Source: Lama glama
Lineage: Eukaryota
Reading direction: 5' to 3'
NCBI GenBank assembly: GCA_028534125.1
Contig: CM052832.1
Coordinates: 9,736,001 to 9,800,000, forward strand
Length of the DNA: 64,000 bases
A model generated the notes under the pieces. The model worked only from the letters and a program-made list of their open reading frames with translations. It had not been told where the DNA came from and made no database searches. Shown piece by piece: positions 12,760-25,450 of the stretch; position 1 is the first letter of the stretch; each line of letters opens with the position of its first letter. A program made the translations under genes and the position numbers.

Positions 12760-13400
12760 CGGCGATTCACAACGGCCCTCTACGCCGCCGCCCCTTACGC
12801 CAGGCTCAAATCGGCCGCGCGTCGGTGGCTGACCCTAAATTTGGCGGCCGCCGCGTGAACCCTCGGAGAGGATGTCTGTGCGGGGTCGCGGCCCAGCGCT
12901 GCGCCGTTGGCGCAATGCGGGGCCCGGGGGCGGGGCTCCGGCGGGCGGGCCAATGGGCGGACGGGGGCGGGGCCGTGTTCGGTTGTCTCGCGCCCTGGTG
13001 ACAGCTCGCGCGTGCTGATGATGGCGGTAAATAGAGGGGGGTCGGAGGAGGGGGTGTAGGAGGTGGGGAGGCAGCAAAGAGGGTAGCTCTAGGGGGTGGG
13101 GGGAACGGGGACCGGGGAGGACGCGACGGCCAGGGAGCCCATTCTGAGACTCGGAGGCGGGGACAGGAGTCTCCGGCACACTGGCCCTCCCCTTTAAAGA
13201 AGCAAAAGCCTGACACACCGGGTGAGGGGCGACAAAGGCGGCGCGCGCCTCGCGGGCGGGAGGAGCGGCGGCAGGGGGCGGGACCGCGGCGCCGGCGGGC
13301 TGGGGGCGCCCGGGGCGGGGGCCGGCGGGAGGCGAGAGCCCGCAGTCCCGGCGCATCGGCCCTTTATTTTGGCGGGGTGGGCGACCACTGGGTTTGGGGT
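12760..13400 (+). promoter_or_regulatory. USP49: CpG-island promoter of USP49
   Basis: Very high GC/CpG content; GC boxes GGGGCGGGGC at ~12927 and ~12964; CCAAT 12950-12954; YY1-like GATGGCGG at ~13020. Confidence 0.85.
13000..13221 (+). other. USP49: USP49 non-coding exon 1 (5' end approximate)
   Basis: Lies in the CpG island and ends at a good donor ccgg|gtgagg (intron starts 13222). Confidence 0.7.
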
Positions 13401-16064
13401 AAAAGCCTTGAGGGGAGAAGGGAAGGAAGGCTTAGGGGCGATTGAGGGGAACGGGTCTGAGAATGAGATGAGGAGGATTAAGGGAAGAAAGGGTTAGAAA
13501 GCAGGGAGAGGAGGAGTGAGAAAAAGCCAGCCTAGGAGATAGGAAGGAGGCAGAACCCAGGGTGGATGAGAAGGAAGCCGGACAGGGCATGAGGTTAGGA
13601 AGAGCGAGCCGAGCAGGAGGGCTCCTCGGGTTAGGTGTAAGAGGAGGGGTTTGGAGGGGAAAGCTTGGTAGGGGATAGTAGGAGGGTGAGGGTTGCTGGG
13701 GTGAGAGTTGGAAGTGGAAGGCAAGGAGGGGCAGAGCTGGGATAATAGTTGGGAGTAGAGGAGAGAGAGTGATTAAGAGCTAGACGTGACAAGGGTGTGA
13801 ACTAGTGCAGAGCGAGATGAGCTGCAGGACTAGGACCCCCGGTGGGGGGTGGGAACTGCGAGGTTCTGAGAAAGGTATGGGTTAGTGGAGGGGCGATGGG
13901 TGTAAATTCTTGAAAGTGAGTACGCGAGGGTGAGCCAGGTGGAATTAGGAAGAAGTGTGGTGGAAATGGAAGGGTGAAAGAAAATGAGAGATGCGTTTGT
14001 AGGACAATTCGGGGAAACGAGAAGAAACTGAGGATGTGAGAAGTGATGGAGGTCTGGGACAGGGTAACTGGGGAATTGTGTTAATTGACGAGGTTCGGCA
14101 AGATCCAAGGTACAAAACAGCGCGGTGAAGAGACAGGGCTAAAAGCAGATGGTGAGGGGAGCAAGGGAGAGATGGGCCCCAGGATTTAAACGATGAGATG
14201 AGGAGAGAGCTATAGGAGACCAGAGTTGAGGAAATGCTGGGGAACCCTGATGGATGTAGAACTGGGGTGGACTGCACTGGGGAGGGAATCAGGTGTACAT
14301 GTTGTGGAGAGATGCTCCAGAAGGTCTGCATGGGTCAGGGCACAGACCCTGTAGTGAAGAATCAAGTGTAGGGAGCCTTTGGTGCAGAAGAGGAGGAACC
14401 ATGGTGAGTGAAAAGAGACTTAGAGATAGGGGGAAAAACCAGAAAGTAACAGTGAAGGTTGGGGGGTGGAGTGGTGCGCAGGAAAGGGATTCTTTGTTAA
14501 GAAGAGAAGAGTGTGTTGAAACTGTGAGTCCTTTTGTCTGTAAAAGTAGGAAATTCCAGAAATCTCTCTCTCTCTTCAAAGAATCTTTAATCTGTTTTCA
14601 CCTTTCATGGCTTTTACATTGACTTTCATGTCCACTTTGAAAAGATGAGACCTCAAGACCCATGTTGATTTGATTTTGTTCTTGTATGAATAATGAAGCA
14701 TCAGCTGGATGCTGAAATGTTCTGCATTTAACTAGTGTTGTGATAATGGGGAAATGGGTTGTATTTCCATTGTGGCTGTGTCTGTGGTATGACAGTGTTA
14801 TGTTGTAGCAGTGTGGTGCCTCACAAGCTCTGGGCAGAGTGCTTCATCAACAGCATTTTCATTTTCAATGGAGAGTGCACTGTTGTTGAGAAAGAAAGAT
14901 GTAAATCTTTTTGTTATGTGTAACCAACCAGATTTCTGCCTAATTATTTTTGGTGGCTGGAGAATATAGAGAAGTCATTTCAAAGAAAGGCAAATAGCCA
15001 ACCAGGGAAGTTTGCGGAGATTTAAATCAGGGTGGTAAGGGCTTTGAGTTCCTGAGCTGCCTTTAGCTTTGTGTGGGACATTTTGTACTGTAGTAGGCAA
15101 CTCATGCATTTAACAAAATGGAATAAAGAAAGGGAGATTTGTAGAACAGTAGAGGATTTTAGAAGGGGATTTATCTTTTAGGTTAAATATTGAGTTTATG
15201 GGTAATTTTTATCATGAAAAACCTCAAAGATGATGCAAGCTAGAGTCTTGGACAGCTCCACTGGCTCTTGTGTTTTGTAGTTGTGAATAAAAAAGATGAT
15301 ATTAATATTTTCTAGAAGAAGCTTTTGATTTTTAAGACATCTTGGGCAATTAAAAGGAAGATACGAAATTTGGGACAAAATTTATGTTATTCTTACCAAG
15401 TGTTTTGTTTTGATGGTTTTTATTGTGAAACTTTCACATTTAGCTAAGAATATGAACAATTATTACTTTGTATTTGATGGTGCCAAAGGATAGCATACAA
15501 TTTACTTAAGAAAATGCAAACTGTTCTTGAGACTCTTATTTGAGGTTATTTCATTAATATACATTCAGATACACAAAGATGCTTTTTTTTTCAAAGTTAC
15601 ATAAACTTTGGATTGCCAGTGTTTTGTGGGTGTTTGTATAAATGGCTAAGATTAGGTTGATGGCATTTGTGATAGTTAGCAAAGATTAGATTTTGATTAG
15701 TGGACATCAGAAACATCAGTTACTAATGTATATGAACAATTACAGTCTTAAATCTTTCTGGTTTTAGCTGCTGTGTTCATGGATTCTGAATTCTGTTGAG
15801 CAGGTGTTCAGGGTGACTAGATTGATTTAGCAGTTTAACGGGATCTTTAAAAATTACTGTTTTTGCTGCTAAGTTACAAGAGAATTAGTCCAAAATGTTA
15901 ACTTTCAAACTTTGGTGTGAGGCACCTGTTTCTGTGAGGAATGTGTGTGTATTCCTCTCCTTTCTAGATGTGTTTGGCATTGCTAGTTGGTTGTATTCTG
16001 CATGTGGTATTGCATTTTCACAATGTAATTGTTTTATACTTGATATCTATATAAATTATTTTAG

Positions 16065-16122
16065 ACTTATTTGATACTGATGAGGAAGAAAATATAAACT
16101 ATAAGATCAACCAAGGGAAAAG
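16065..16122 (+). other. USP49: USP49 5' UTR exon 2 (58 nt)
   Basis: ttttag acceptor, purine-rich body, aaag|gtttgt donor. Size agrees with my recollection of the human leader exon (unverified). Confidence 0.7.
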
Positions 16123-16644
16123 GTTTGTTTGGATCTTGTCTTTTGTTTCTGTCTGCTGCCGTAGTGTGATACATTTAAGCTTCATTCTCATTTGTTCATC
16201 AAGTAGAATTCTACTCAGTTTATTTTGGTTACAATCTTATTTGCTAAGTAGAAAAGTTTGAAGTTTATATATTCAGATTTGAATGACTAGGTGGTACATA
16301 ATTAAATGTTCTTCTGGTTAATTGTAGATTCTTTGGATGGGAAGAGACCTTGAAAGGACCTCTAGTTTATCCTGCAACTTCAGTCAATATCCCACTTAAA
16401 TCATTCCAGGTAGATAAAAATTTACCCTATTTTTTTAAATCTTCAGAGGTAATGTGACAACCTTTTTAATATTTTGCTGCATTTAATTATTTTCTTTATA
16501 AGGACAGCCTGTCTTGTCTAACCAGCACACACTTAATGCAGTATTTGTATTTGTTTTCTCTTGCCCCATTCTCAATTTTTGAGAAAAAAATAGATTCTTA
16601 CTGAGTATTAAAAAGACCCTATTTCTTCATAAACTCAGGAATAG

Positions 16645-16815
16645 TATTACCCACATATAGTGCTTTTGTGCCAGACACTGTGGTAAGCTCTTTGCAGATC
16701 GTAACTCATTTATTCCTCACTGCAGTCATGTGAGGTAGGTACTATTACTGTTCCCATTTTACATGTGATGAAATAGAGGCTCCTTGAGATTAAATGACTT
16801 GCCCAAGGTTATACT
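16645..16815 (-). mobile_element. MIR SINE
   Basis: tgtgccagacactgtggtaag...cccattttacatgtgatgaaatagaggc...acttgcccaaggtta. Confidence 0.8.
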
Positions 16816-17589
16816 ATGACATTCTGCAACTACTTGTTTGATCATTAATAATCTTGTAGTATAGATAAGTGGTTTGGTTTTTTTTTTTTTCTTCAAGTAG
16901 TAACTAAATTATACATTTATTCTTTCTTTTAGTTTACAAGGTAGAATTCTACCAAATGGTGGGGATGGGATTTGAACCTTGGCATTCTGTGGGCAGTCTA
17001 CTCTGGTATTACCTCTGCTTGACTGTTGTGAAGTGATCCCTCACCATGCTCTTCTCCAGATTATTTTATCCCTTAACTAGTCTTGTTTTCAAGTCCTTAA
17101 ATTAGTCCTTTGGTTCCATTATTAACCATTTTTCAGTTCCTTTCTAGATGAGGAACCTAGGACAAATACCACAAGGGCTATGTATGTATCATGCAAAGAT
17201 TACATCAGGGTTCTTACATGCTTGTATTTTTTTGGTTACAAAATTGTATTTATGAAATAAAACAACCCCAAATCAATAAAATGCTTAATTGCATTGCAGG
17301 TTAATGGTTACTTGTCTCCCCTTTTAGCTAGAAAAAGGCCTGTACTTTTCCTCAATGGACAATAATCTCTCACCTCTAAACATGTATGGACTTGTTATAT
17401 ACCATACAAGTTTGCCGTTGTGAGATTGTTGCCCACTGAGGAAAAACGGAACTCGAATTTCAGTGTGGATATCCATAAGCAAAATCTGTTCAGATTCTTG
17501 CTGGTTTTTTCTGTCTTCTCTTTATGCCTACGTAAGCAGCGTACTAAATACATTTACATGTGCTTTAACATGTTAAATAATTGATCCAT

Positions 17590-17748
17590 TCTTTTTTTTT
17601 TTAAGACTATTTTTTTTAGAGCAGTTTTAGGTTTGCAGTAAAATTGAGGGGAGGGTACAGAGATTCCCCGGTCCCCACATGTACATAGCCTTCTCCCCTA
17701 TTATCCACATCCCTCACCAGAGTGGGTCATTTATTACAATTGACCCAC
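17590..17748 (-). mobile_element. L1MC-like LINE 3' end
   Basis: T-run then tagagcagttttaggtttgcagtaaaattgag...gtacagagattccc. Confidence 0.7.
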
Positions 17749-17750
17749 TC

Positions 17751-17855
17751 GTTTTCTGTTTTTTGTTTTTTGTTTTTAATGAAGGTACTAAGGATTGAAC
17801 CCAGGACCTCATGCACTCTAAGCACACACTCTACCACTGAGCTCTACCTGCCCTC
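17751..17855 (-). mobile_element. tRNA-derived SINE (Vic-1-like)
   Basis: ggattgaacccaggacctcatgc...ctctaccactgagct (reverse B and A boxes) plus T-rich tail. Confidence 0.8.
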
Positions 17856-20800
17856 GTTTTTTAAAAAAACTGATAATTCGTGTTTACTAAGTGCACAGCA
17901 TGAGCTAAGTATGCGAATTGTTTGAAACTTACAACCCAAGGAGAAAGCTCCTTTGTTATTACTCTATTTTTTGTGATTTTGGATTTTTTTTTACATTACA
18001 ATGTTTCAAACTTCATAGAACAGTTGCAAAAACAGTACAAAGAACTTCTATATACCCCTCTTCAAGTTCATGAATATTTTTTATTTTGCTCCATTTGCTT
18101 TATCATTTTCTCTCACTTGAGTATTTTTAAACAAGTAAATTTGGAGGGGGAGGGAAGGGTACAAGGCCTTAATTAAAAAAAAAAAGAGAGGAAGAATGTT
18201 TTGATTGTATCAGCAAGTGTTTGATTTAAGTCAAGGATGTGAAGCAAAGGAATCTAAAATTAGACTCGGGGTGAATTTTGTGGTTTTATGGTTTGTTGTT
18301 TTCAGTGTTTTCTGAAAAACATTTTTTTACTTGTGAACCACGAGTTTGTAGGCCCCTCCCTCATCAGCAAAAACTGTCATGGTCTTGCCCCTCTGTTGGG
18401 GCCTCCTTAGCACCTGGCATGAGGAGTGATTATTATGTCCAAATGGGAGCCACCGGGCTGTTCAACTCCATGACTGAGACATATTTAGGTGAAATACATA
18501 TTTTGCCTAAAAATCCTTATGTTGCTTCAAGGAGCTGGAAAAGATCTAAATGTCAAATGTACTGTCTGAGAAGCGTGGCTTGCAATTAATATAAGTAGGT
18601 TTGCCTTGTAGTAAGGGGATGAGTATAAATATCTTTAACATTCTGTTACCTCCTCCCCAAATAAACCTAAATTTGGGCAGTCTTTTTAGTTGTCATGATG
18701 TAAGGAGATTTCATTGACCCTGTCCCCACTGCCACCTTCCAGCTCATCCTTGATCTTTGTTCAAATGGTAGCCTGTCCATTTGATTAAGGTGTGACCTGC
18801 AGAATGAGGCCTGTCCGATTTCAGTGAAAGGACTATTAGCTGGATCCCAACAAATGTAAAATATAGCACTTGTGAGCTTCTCGCCACTCCCCACCCCCGC
18901 ATAAGTGATCATCAAAGCTATGAAATATAGCTCTTTATTAAAGCTGATTGTAATAATTAAAAGCACTTTGCTTTCATAAGGATGAGAAAATTACAAATTA
19001 TTTGGGAAGTGTTCTTTCTAGCCATGTGTTATTGTTTCTGACACATGAGCAGTTTTTAAAGACTATAATACTGTTCCTTGGCCATTTACATGTTAATAGA
19101 AGTCTGAAAAGTAAGGCCCTCTTCTGGAATTTTCAGGGTTGTTTTTATTCTATGTCAAGTTGCAAACAGCATTCTGTGACAGGTATTTTCTCTCTTTGTC
19201 TTCTATTGAGCTAATTAGTAATTTACACTCTAGTAGCATCCCTTCCAGCCTCGCTGTGTGAAAATGCCTGCTACTCTGTGCCTTCCGTGCAGCCCCGGCT
19301 GGCAAATGATCAGGGGCAGATGTTGGTTAGCAAATCAGAAGGATCAGGGATAAAATGTATTTTTGTGTTGTGTTTTTATAAATGTACAGGCTTTTATATC
19401 AGCCTTTCCTCTGCCATGCTGCCTCCCCCCACTCCCATTCAAATAGAAATGTTATGACCTCCTGTAATCCAGAGCTACTGCCCTTGATTCAATTTGGGAT
19501 TGTTTTCTATTCTGTCTCCCACCCCCACCCTCACCCCTACCCCCACCCCCACCCCAACACTGTGGGATTTAAGGAGGATTATCAGGGCAGTCTGGCATAG
19601 TTGAGAGCCAGGAAGCTGGTCTTCACGGCTCCGGCTCCCTCCCGTCCACAGATACAGAGCTTCTTGTCCTTGTCTTTAGAAGCCAGCGGTGCTTCTTGTG
19701 CTGGGCAAGTTATGTGAGGGCAGCACTGTGGTAGTGAGTTAGGAGGATACTTTTATATGACACTTGATTCTCACCAAAGGAAAGAGAAGCCCTACCTTTC
19801 TGTCAGCTTTTTCAAAATGTAGCCGTTAGTGACCAAAAGACAATTTATAGCTTGGCTTTAGCACTTTGTCACCTTGGTGTTCTGCTCTTTCCGTCTCTGA
19901 TGTGGGGAAGGTGATATGTAGTGTCTGCCCTGTGTTCACTTGGCAAAGCCATGTGGGCCTGTTAGTGTTGCAAGAGATTTTGACTTTGAAATAAAGTCTT
20001 AAGGATCAATTTGTTGTGTGAGGAATATAAATTTAAATTGAGAATTAAAGGAAGGGTAGAGGGGGTTACTGATTTATCCGTTTTGAGGCAAAACCTTTCC
20101 AGAATGCTAGATAATTTGTGTTACTTATTTTTACATTTATGGATACTACTTTATCAGGTCAGGATCTCTGTTAGAGTTACTAGAATCTCCCTGACAAAAA
20201 GTGTTACCTGGAGTTAGCCACAAAGAATATCAGTTAAGAAAATGTGTGAATAGCTTAGTTCAACCGTCATAGCTAATAGAATTATAATCATAGACATCTA
20301 GCCTTTGACAGTGAATCAGTGCTTGTGAACATTTATGTTAGCATTCACTGAGTATGTGGGCTATACTAGTGTTTTGTTTTCATAATCCAGCATGTCTAGA
20401 CTGTCCCTGTGGTCGGCCCCTGCTAACAGTTACTAATTTTTACCCTCCTTTTTCTGTGTTCTGATACAACCACCTTTATCAGTTGTCTTAATTATGTTGG
20501 ATGTTCAGGGCTAGATACTAATTGCAGTCTTACGCTTTAACACCTAAAAGAGGTCAAAGGTCAGATTAATAAGCAACATATGAAAAAGTGAACTATCAAA
20601 GTGGCCTCATCACACAGAGGAGTGTTATGAGTAAGTAAAAATAAGAAAGTAAATGTATGACTATGGAGCTGAATATACTCTTTTAAAAGGAACATTTCTC
20701 AATTGTATGCATAGTGTGAAGACCTGATAACAATGCATTTCAAGTAAGAGGTAAATAAGTGTGCTTTAGTGAAGAGACCCAGCTCCTTTGTGGTGGCATC

Positions 20801-20984
20801 ATTGTCCGCTCCATGCTAAAATCCTAAATTGGTTAAACATTACCCGTCTCTCTACTTATACTGTTAATGTGCTTGTTGAATTTTTTTCTGCATAGGCAGT
20901 TCAGCTCAGCCTACAACTAATAATACATTCAAACCCTATTTAAGCTATGGATTCAGTAATTCCAGTCATTTAAGTAAATATTAC

Positions 20985-21450
20985 CATTTTTTACCTATTA
21001 GTTTAAGAGATTAAACAAGTTGATAACCAGTAGTGGATAAGGATGTAGGGAAACTGTAATTCTCACACACTACTGATGGGAATATATTTCCTTGGAGGTA
21101 CATTTGGTAATGGCTTGTTGAAGTTTAAAATGTGTGTACCCTGTAACCCAGAAATTCTACTTCTAGAAATTTATCCTATAGGTATATTTATACACTTGCA
21201 TGAAAAATATGATTACAAAGTTTTTCTTTATAGCATCGTTTGTTCCTGCAAAAAAAGAAAATGATGTCTATCAGTTAGGGGCTGGTTAAATAATATATGT
21301 TAGGTTCATACAAAGGAATAGGATTAAGCTATTAAGGAATGCAATGAATCTATTTGCTAATGTAGAAAGATGTCCATTGTTAAGTTAATTTTTTTAAGTC
21401 ATGTTGTAGGATAATATGTATAAAATATTCCTATTTTTGTAAAATGTTAA
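20985..21450 (+). mobile_element. Old L1M fragment
   Basis: ggatgtagggaaactg...acccagaaattctacttctagaaatttatcct, L1 ORF2 end/3' UTR-like. Confidence 0.65.
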
Positions 21451-23499
21451 GGAGTGCTATTTAGGTGAATCTGGAATACTGACAAATTACAATTTTAGAG
21501 CTTTCAACTTATGATGTCCTATGAGTTGCTACTGGGTTTGTTTCCCAATATTATCGTGTATACTGGTTAACATTCGGGGTTTGTAAAAAGAGGGGAACAG
21601 GTAATTTGGGGGGAAGACATCATTTTCTGTGCCCATGGGATGTGGAAGAGGTATGTCACTGTGTACCGAATGGGTTAATCAGTTTTTGTTAGCAGTGCAG
21701 TGTAATGAGCGTATTAGGTACAACACCTTCATTGGCAGCCAGCTATCTGCTTGTGAAATCTTTTAGAAAACAGAAATCTGGTGAGAAGTGTTCCTAAGCA
21801 GTTGAAATATCTTGGGGGTAAAATTACAAAGAACAAATAAAGTAGAAAAAAATCTCTACCAAAAAGAAATTGTTTCACTGCTGAAAGCCATGAGAAAAGA
21901 TGTATTACCTGTGGGCTAAGATGTGACAATGTAATTTTTTTAGGACTTTAAAGTGAGTTCTTCTTCTATTTTGACTTTTCCTTTAAGTTCACCATTTAAA
22001 GAACTTCAAGATATATTTTATATTTGATGAAAAAATTATAAAATTATTTTAAGAATGGTGAATTTCTTGTTTTATAGTGTATATTCTAATGTAAATTATT
22101 TTCCCCTTCCACTTTCAGTTAAAATGTATCTTAAAACATGTATCTTTTTGAGGTTTAAAAAAAATAAGCAGAAATAACAAGAAAAGTTTATATTTAAGCA
22201 TGGCTCTTGGCACTTAAGAGATGTTCAGTACATTTTTATTGAATAAATTAATATATGCATGAATGAAAAATATTACTCTGAATTTGGACTTTATACCCTG
22301 AATTAGGCAGAGCCTAGCATTGGTGTATAAAGGCCTTCTGTTCAGTCCCACTTCCCATGCCCATTTTCCCCTTCCACCCCACAAGCACCCTCTCTAATGT
22401 GTTTGATATACGTCCTTGAATCTGTATGCATCTTTATAAAATATTTAGTGATTTTTTTTATGTATATATCTTTAATTCTGAAATTGCTCATTATACTGCA
22501 GTGGTATAGAATTTGGTTGTAGAATTATCCTTGTAAAAATGCTGTAATTCTTACTCTAGTTTTTACTTTATTGGTCAGCAGTGTTTTAAAAAGATCTATG
22601 TGTGTTTTAGGGTATGCATTTAACTAATTGCTCCTAACTGCAGCGTAGTGTGCATCCATTTCCGTAGTGATGGATGCCAAGGCTACCGTAAACAGGGCTA
22701 CCGATAAACAGTCTTGTACATGTCCATTATGGACACATCTGAGAATTTCTCTGGGATACAGAGTCCAGAGTGGCATTGTGGTATACGTATTGTCAAGGGC
22801 TGAATAGTCGTATCAGTTTACACAACACAGGCATTGCATTCCCAACCTCCCCAACATGTGGTATTGTACGCATTTCTAATTTTTGCCATTTAATAATGTC
22901 CTAACTGAGATGCCACTTCTTCGGGTCTTAGAGAAAGTTGGGCAGCCGTTGTTTTGAATTTGCACATGTATCTCACTCCTGTTTGTTTCAGGTCTCGGGA
23001 AAGAATGAGTGACTCTGGCTCAGAACGCTCTTTCCTTGTTTCGACAGGCTTGCAGTATTTGTGCTTTCCTTTCCTGAGGAAGCAATACAATTTTTTAAGT
23101 GTTTTCATTTCTGACCAAAATATGATGCAATCAGATTGTTCTGTTGACTTTGGTTTAATATCTGCCTGACTTGAGTGGAAAAGGAATTTTAGTTTGTTGA
23201 CGTGACTGACATAGCCATAAACCATGAACTTTTCCCAGTAATGCCATAGTATGTTAAAATTTTTTTCCTTTCCTTTTTCTCTTTTTGCTGGTTTTGTGGT
23301 TATGTCTTTTGAGTCAGTTTCTATAAGCAAAATTATTTCCTGCTCTTAATTTTTTTCAAACCAAGCCATGCTCTATGCTAAGATGTAGAGTTTTCCATGT
23401 ACTTTGTTTTTCCTCTGCCTTGAAAATTACTGTTTTTCTTTCGGTTTTTTTTTCCCCTCAGAAATCTTGCTTGGAAAATCACAGTTTTTGATGGGATTT

Positions 23500-25450
23500 T
23501 AAAACATTCTTTTTAACCTTTTCAAGAATCTTTTAAAATTTAATATCTATCAAGTCTAAGTCTCAATATAGCATAAAAAATACAACTACCTGCTTTTCTC
23601 CTCCTCAACGTTCTGCCTCTCCAGGGACTTCCATTGTCTACTCTTCCAGCTGTTCATTGGGTATTTAATGCCATTTTTCTGAGCAGTAGGCGTAGGCTGC
23701 TGTTTTTAAAAATCTGTGTAGGCTTTTCTCTAGACCCAAACAGCTCATCCCGGAATCCACCTTCCTGCGTATTCTAGATATTTTCTTCACCTCTCTGTGT
23801 TGGAACACCCAGTCTCCTGGAGCTCATATCTTCTCCCTTCATTGTTTATATATCAATTAAGCAATTCCTCCAGAAGGTTCCTAAGGAAAAGTTGCATAGG
23901 ATGTAAATATGCATGTATGAAAATGTCTCCATTTTCTCTCAGACTTAATTTATACTTTGATGCTCTCATACTTGATTTATATCTGGCTCTAAAATTCTAG
24001 ATTGGAGAATACTTTCTCTAAGTTTAACAGGCATTACTCTATTGATTTCTAGCTTCTATTATTGCTAATGAGAAGTCTGGTGGTGTTCCCCCCCCCCACC
24101 TTGGTTGTTTTAGGACCTTATCTTTGTCCCTGGTGTTTTGAAATTATATGATTATCTGTCTCATTGTGAGCCTTGTTTTATCTGTTGTCCTGGCACACTG
24201 TTGTCCTGGCACACTGGAAACATAGATATCCCCCCACCCCCGTCCCCCAGTTCTGGGAGATTTTCTTGAATTCCTAAATTTTAACCAACTGCCTCCTTCT
24301 GCCCCCGCCCCTTGTTTTCCTATTCTTTCTCTTGGAATTCTTATTTGTGTTTGGAACTTGTGGACTAATGAGTCCTTTAATTTTACCATCTCTTCTATTT
24401 CTTATTTTTTTGTCTCTGTTCTGTTTTCTGGGAGGTGTCTTGAACTTCAGACTCTTTTAGTTTTATATTTTCTCTATCATATTTTTAATTTTCAAGAGAT
24501 TTTTCTCTGAATGTTGCTTTTTAAGTTTTCTATTTTTGTTTCATGGGTGCAGTAACGCTTCTCTGATTACATTAACTACAGTTTTAAAAAATTTTTCTGC
24601 AATCTCCAGTATCATCTTTGCACCTTAAAGTACCTTTACTTGATCATTTGTTTTGGACTTTCTTTTAGGGAATTTCCTTAAATGTATATTATAGCCTTGG
24701 CTGTCTTACTCATATTCCAGAATGAGCCATTGAAAAGCTGAAAGCTGACTTTGCCTGAGTGGGGGGCTTCTAAAAGTTAACTGGTGCTCTTCATTATAAG
24801 GTGATTAACCAGGGACCTAACTTTTTGGGTGGAAGGCGGCACTAGTAGTCAGTACTTGTAGGTGTTTTTCTCCCATCCAGGTTCTTCCCTGGAGAGAATG
24901 CTCCAATCACTGGCTTATACAGCTGGCTACAACATTTGGGGAGCTGAGTGGGGAAAGAGCGGGGGTATCTACCTTTCAGGACCTCACCCTTTCCTTAATC
25001 CCCATCTTTTTAGACTGGTGGATCTGCCTCTAGTTGTGCCTGAGTCCAGAGTCTCTTTAGTTTCCAGAGAATAAATTCCCTTCCTTTGACCAGTGACTGT
25101 TTGGAGTCAGAGTGGGAATCTTGGATAGACCTCACCGTGTTCTTTATGCAGCTCTGCCTCCTGTCCCCACTTTCACATCTGTTCTGAGCTTTTCTGATGA
25201 GTCCCAGCACAATTCAGTTTGCTCTGGGATTCCCCAGAACACCCTCTTAGTTTTTGCTTTCTTTGCCCTGCTACATCAAATAACTTATCCACCTGCTTTT
25301 CAGCTTCCGAAAACTTTGTTGTAGTTGTTTCCTTTCCTAGTCTTTGTCCTTGTGAATCTTAGGTCTTTAATGCCATTTTAGTGGAGTTAGGGAGAGAGCA
25401 GAGGCAAATGCAGGTGCTTAATACATCACATTTCACTGAAGATCTAAGTT
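23500..25450 (-). mobile_element. Degenerate ancient L1ME/HAL1-like region
   Basis: T-rich; aaattctagattgg...attgctaatgagaagtctg typical of antisense old L1. Boundaries uncertain. Confidence 0.45.

Noticed and set aside
12806..13497. Long Pro/Arg/Gly ORFs on both strands of the CpG island
   Set aside because: Stop-codon depletion from GC content; no recognisable domain.
24182..24216. 16-bp tandem duplication ctgttgtcctggcaca x2
   Set aside because: Ordinary slippage inside an old repeat; no array structure.
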